Below, one piece after another: positions 24,668-27,918 of a stretch of 27,918 nt of DNA. The DNA comes from Candidatus Geohabitans tengchongensis (GTDB lineage Bacteria; Sysuimicrobiota; Sysuimicrobiia; Sysuimicrobiales; Humicultoraceae). Where the stretch lies: assembly GCA_031459625.1 (NCBI GenBank), contig JAVKIH010000001.1, forward strand, positions 288,394 through 316,311, in the 5' to 3' direction. How positions within the stretch are numbered: position 1 is the first letter of the stretch; each line of letters opens with the position of its first letter. The notes beneath the pieces are model-generated. The model made no database searches and was not told where the DNA came from. It was given only the letters and a program-made list of their open reading frames with translations. A program made the position numbers and the translations under genes.

Positions 24668-27600
24668 TCAGGTGTGGGGCTCGTCCGCCTCGGGGCCGTT
24701 GCCCCCGCCGGTGACCGGCAGCGGAGGCGCCGGGACCGGGGCGGGGACGGCGCGGCGGCTGCGCCACCGCTCGCGCAGCAGTTCCACGCTCACGTACGAG
24801 GTGGGGATGAGCACCAGCGTGACCAGCGTCGAGAGCAGCATCCCGCCCAGCACGCTGCGGGCCAGTGGGGCCTGGAGTTCGGCCCCCTCACCGAAGCCGA
24901 TGGCGATGGGCAGGAGGCCCAGCACCGTGGTCAGGGTCGTCATCAGCACCGGGCGCAGGCGGGCGGCCGAGGCCTCGACCACAGCCTCGAAGAGAGGCCG
25001 GCCCTCCCGGCGGTGGCGGGTGAGGATGAAGTCCATGAGCACGATGGCGTTGTTCACCACGATCCCCACCAGCACGATGAGCCCGGTGAGCGACTGGATG
25101 TTCAGCGTCGTGCCGGTGAGGAAGAGCGCCAGCAACGACCCGCCCAACGCAAACGGCACCGCCCCCATGATGAGGAGCGGCTCCAGCAGCGCCTCGAACT
25201 GGACGGCCATCACCGCGTAGACCAGCCCGACGGCGGCCAGGAAGCCGCCGACGAGCTGCCGGGTGGCGCGCTGCTGCTCCTCGTAGGCGTCGCCGAAGGT
25301 GAGGGCGAAACCCTCGGGGAGCGGCAGGCCGGCCAGGCGCGCGCGCACGTCCGCCATCACGCTGCCGTAGTCGCGGCCGCTGAGGCCGGCGGTGACCGTG
25401 GTCACCCGCTGGCGGCTCCGCCGGAAGATCGAGGCCGGGGCCAGGCCGCGTTCCAGGTGGGCCACCTGGGCCAGGGTGATCTGCTGCCCCGTGGGGGTGA
25501 GGATCGGCAGGGCCAGGACGTCGAGGGAGCTGCGCCGGTCCCCCTCGCGCAGGCGCACCACCACGTCGGTCTCGCGCCCGCCCCGGCGGAGGATGGTGGC
25601 CACCGCGCCCCCCACGGCGGTGCGCAGCGCCTCGGCCACGCGGCTCGGCGTCAGCCCGAAGGCGGCGGCGCGCTCGACGTCGATGCGCAGCACGGCCTCC
25701 GGGATCAACTCCTCCCGGGCCAGGCTGACGTCGGTCACCCCCGGGATCTGCTCGAGCGCCTGCTGCACCTGACGGGCCAGGGCGGTGGCCTGGTCCAGGT
25801 CGTGGCCGCGGATCTCCACGGCGATGGGGTCGTCCACCTGGCTGAAGCGCAGGATGTTCAGCGCCCCGGCACTCGGACGCACCACCACGCGGCCGCCGGG
25901 TAGCTGCAGCGTGCCGCGCAGGGCGGCCGCCACGGCCTCGGTGGTGCGCGCCCGCTCCCCTTTGGGTCGGAGGCGGATGCGCAGGATGCCGCGGTGCGAG
26001 CGCCCGCCGAAGCCCGCCGACCCCACCTGGCGCGTCACCGCCTCGATCTCGGGGGCCATCCGGCGGGCCTGCGCCTCCAGGCGGGCCAGGGCCTGCTCGG
26101 TCAGCTCCAGCCTGGTCCCCACCGGCAGCTCGCCGATGACCAGGATCTCCCCCTCGTCCGTGGGCGGGAGGACCTCCCGGCCGATCAGGGGGACGGTGGC
26201 CAGCGCCAGGACGAAGAGCGCGGCCGCCGCGCCCAGCACGAGCGGCCGGTGGCGCAGCGCCCAGCGGAGCACCGCACGGTAGCGCGCATTCAGCGCCGCC
26301 GTCCAGGGGCGCTCCTCCTGCCGGCGCAGCGGGGGCAGCCACGAGGCCAGCACGGGCGTGAGCGCCATCGCCACCAGCAGCGAGCACGCCAGGGCGAAGA
26401 CCACCACCACGGCGAACTGGTAGTAGAGCTGGGTCGTGACCGCCTCGCCCCGGATCACGATGATGGGGAGGAAGACCACCACGCTGGTCACCGTGGAGGC
26501 GACAATGGGCGAGACGACCTCTTCGGTCCCTGCCACGGCGGCCTGGCGGCGCGCCCGCCCCGCCTCGCGGTGCCGGAAGATGTTCTCCAACACCACGATG
26601 CTGGCGTCCACCAGCATCCCCACGGCCAGCGCCAGCGCCCCCAGCGTCATCAGGTTGAGAGAGTAGCCGGCGCCATACATCAGGGCGAACGAGGCCAGCA
26701 CGGCGATGGGGATGGTCACGCCGATGATGGCGACCGTCCGCAGGTCGCGCAGGAAGAGGAAGAGTACCGTCACCGCCAGCGCCCCGCCGATGACGGTGGC
26801 CTCCAGCACCGAGCGGACGCTGCGGCGGATGAAGCGCGCGTTGTCCCCGATGACGACGAGCGAGGCTCCGGGCAGGGTGGCGTTGAGGCGGTGCACCACG
26901 GCCAGCACCCCGTCGGAGACCGCTACCGTGTTCACCCCGGGCTGCCGCTGGATGGAGAGGAGCACGCCGGGGGCGCCGTTGACGCGCACGAGCCCCGTGG
27001 GTTCCTCCGTCCCCTCGGACACCGTGGCCAGGTCCGCCACGTAGACGGGGACGCGGTTCCGCGTGGTGACGACGGTGCGGCGGATCTGGTCGAGGTGCTC
27101 ATAGCGGCTCAAGGCCCGCAGGCCCAGCCGCCGGGTCCCTTCGGTGACCTCGCCGGCCGGCGCCGCCAGGTTGGCCGCCGCCAGGGTGTTCAGCACGTCC
27201 CGCTCCGAGAGGCCGAGCGCGCGCAGGCGCCCCTGGTCCAGCTCGACCAGGATGCGCCGGCGCACCCCGCCCGAGAGCGCCGCCTGTGCCACCCCCCGGA
27301 CCCGCTCCAGGCGGAAGAGGACCTGGTCCTCGGCCAGCTGCTGCAGGTCGGCCACCTGCAGCCGCGGGTCCCGGGCCACCAGGCCCAGTTGCACGATGGG
27401 GAACTGGGACGGGTCGAACTTGAAGACAACGGGCGCGTCGGCGCCATCGGGGAGCCGGCGGCGCACCCGCTCGATGGCCGCCCGCAGGTCGTTCGCTGCC
27501 GCGTCGATGTCGGTGCCGGCGGGGAAGACGGCGGTGACGCTCGATCGGCCCTCCGAGGAGGTGGAGAAGACGTCCTGGACCCCGGCGACGGTGCTCACCG

Positions 27601-27808
27601 CCTCCTCGATGATGCGCGTCACGAGGTTCTCGACCTCTTCGGGTCCTGCGCCGGGGTAGGTGGTGGAGACGGTGAGGCGGGCGAAGGAGATGTCGGGGAG
27701 CAGGTCGATGGGCAACCCCGCCAACGCGCTCAGCCCCACGAGGAGGATGACCGCAAAGACGATCACCGTCCCGATGGGGCGGTGGATGGCCAGGCGCGGC
27801 AGGTTCAC
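24668..27808 (-). CDS. RND efflux transporter permease subunit (AcrB/SwrC family)
   Basis: 1046 aa: LAIHRPIGT, LPIDLLPDI, YPGAGPEEVE, SLNLMTLGALALAVGMLVDASIVVLENI, GIVVNNAI and RLRPVLMTTLTT. Confidence 0.96.
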   Translation of the reverse strand: MNLPRLAIHRPIGTVIVFAVILLVGLSALAGLPIDLLPDISFARLTVSTTYPGAGPEEVENLVTRIIEEAVSTVAGVQDVFSTSSEGRSSVTAVFPAGTDIDAAANDLRAAIERVRRRLPDGADAPVVFKFDPSQFPIVQLGLVARDPRLQVADLQQLAEDQVLFRLERVRGVAQAALSGGVRRRILVELDQGRLRALGLSERDVLNTLAAANLAAPAGEVTEGTRRLGLRALSRYEHLDQIRRTVVTTRNRVPVYVADLATVSEGTEEPTGLVRVNGAPGVLLSIQRQPGVNTVAVSDGVLAVVHRLNATLPGASLVVIGDNARFIRRSVRSVLEATVIGGALAVTVLFLFLRDLRTVAIIGVTIPIAVLASFALMYGAGYSLNLMTLGALALAVGMLVDASIVVLENIFRHREAGRARRQAAVAGTEEVVSPIVASTVTSVVVFLPIIVIRGEAVTTQLYYQFAVVVVFALACSLLVAMALTPVLASWLPPLRRQEERPWTAALNARYRAVLRWALRHRPLVLGAAAALFVLALATVPLIGREVLPPTDEGEILVIGELPVGTRLELTEQALARLEAQARRMAPEIEAVTRQVGSAGFGGRSHRGILRIRLRPKGERARTTEAVAAALRGTLQLPGGRVVVRPSAGALNILRFSQVDDPIAVEIRGHDLDQATALARQVQQALEQIPGVTDVSLAREELIPEAVLRIDVERAAAFGLTPSRVAEALRTAVGGAVATILRRGGRETDVVVRLREGDRRSSLDVLALPILTPTGQQITLAQVAHLERGLAPASIFRRSRQRVTTVTAGLSGRDYGSVMADVRARLAGLPLPEGFALTFGDAYEEQQRATRQLVGGFLAAVGLVYAVMAVQFEALLEPLLIMGAVPFALGGSLLALFLTGTTLNIQSLTGLIVLVGIVVNNAIVLMDFILTRHRREGRPLFEAVVEASAARLRPVLMTTLTTVLGLLPIAIGFGEGAELQAPLARSVLGGMLLSTLVTLVLIPTSYVSVELLRERWRSRRAVPAPVPAPPLPVTGGGNGPEADEPHT

Positions 27809-27918
27809 GGCGACCTCCCCGGCTGCGGGCCGCCGGGCCCTCGGCCGCTCCCGCCTGGCCCGCGCCCGCCCGGCCCGCGCGCGCCTGGCAGGATCACCCG
27901 GCTGCCGTCCCGCAGGTT
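27805..27918 (-). CDS. C-terminus of a probable RND periplasmic adaptor (membrane fusion protein), partial
   Basis: Reads NLRDGSRVILPG followed by a Gly/Pro/Arg tail. The stop overlaps the RND GTG start (GTGA). LRDGxxV is a typical adaptor ending. Confidence 0.65.
   Translation of the reverse strand, partial: NLRDGSRVILPGARGPGGRGPGGSGRGPGGPQPGRSP

Noticed and set aside
23232..25220. 662-aa ORF and other long overlapping ORFs (e.g. 16201-17817, 13096-14502, 17456-18910, 24888-26387)
   Set aside because: These are Arg/Pro/Gly-rich or antisense shadows of well-supported genes, as expected at this GC content, and they show no family motifs.
25040..26620. RND proton-relay motifs VDAS and VNNA differing from AcrB DD/K
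   Set aside because: Such variants are common in SwrC-like RND subfamilies and are not evidence of novelty.

Overview
High-GC bacterial window with no rRNA, tRNA, CRISPR array or transposase seen. It contains five blocks. (1) 1-7.35 kb, plus strand: a nucleoside-type (CUT2/BMP) ABC importer followed by an LLM-class oxidoreductase, a metal-dependent deaminase, an agmatinase-family ureohydrolase and a decayed cytosine/creatinine-deaminase-like gene. (2) 7.35-9.8 kb, minus strand: a decaying cassette of exported or membrane proteins, namely a frameshifted two-domain secreted protein, a frameshifted PsbP/DcrB-like protein and a DUF3592-like protein. (3) 9.9-15.2 kb: an ACT-domain gene, then a translationally coupled gntR-ddl-pdxA-dapF-dinB operon whose DapF has Ser at both catalytic Cys positions. 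(4) 15.2-23.2 kb: sufT divergent from a FadR regulator, a three-subunit 2-oxoacid:ferredoxin oxidoreductase of the oxalate oxidoreductase (YPIRP) type, and a tripartite tricarboxylate transporter whose tctC carries a 3' deletion/frameshift. (5) 23.3-27.9 kb: an ApgM-type phosphoglycerate mutase converging, across a 21-bp tandem repeat, on an RND efflux pump. The strongest candidates for undescribed biology are the FadR/OOR-like/TTT module with an altered active-site loop and the Ser/Ser DapF operon. All family calls come from motif recognition by eye; no database search was run.
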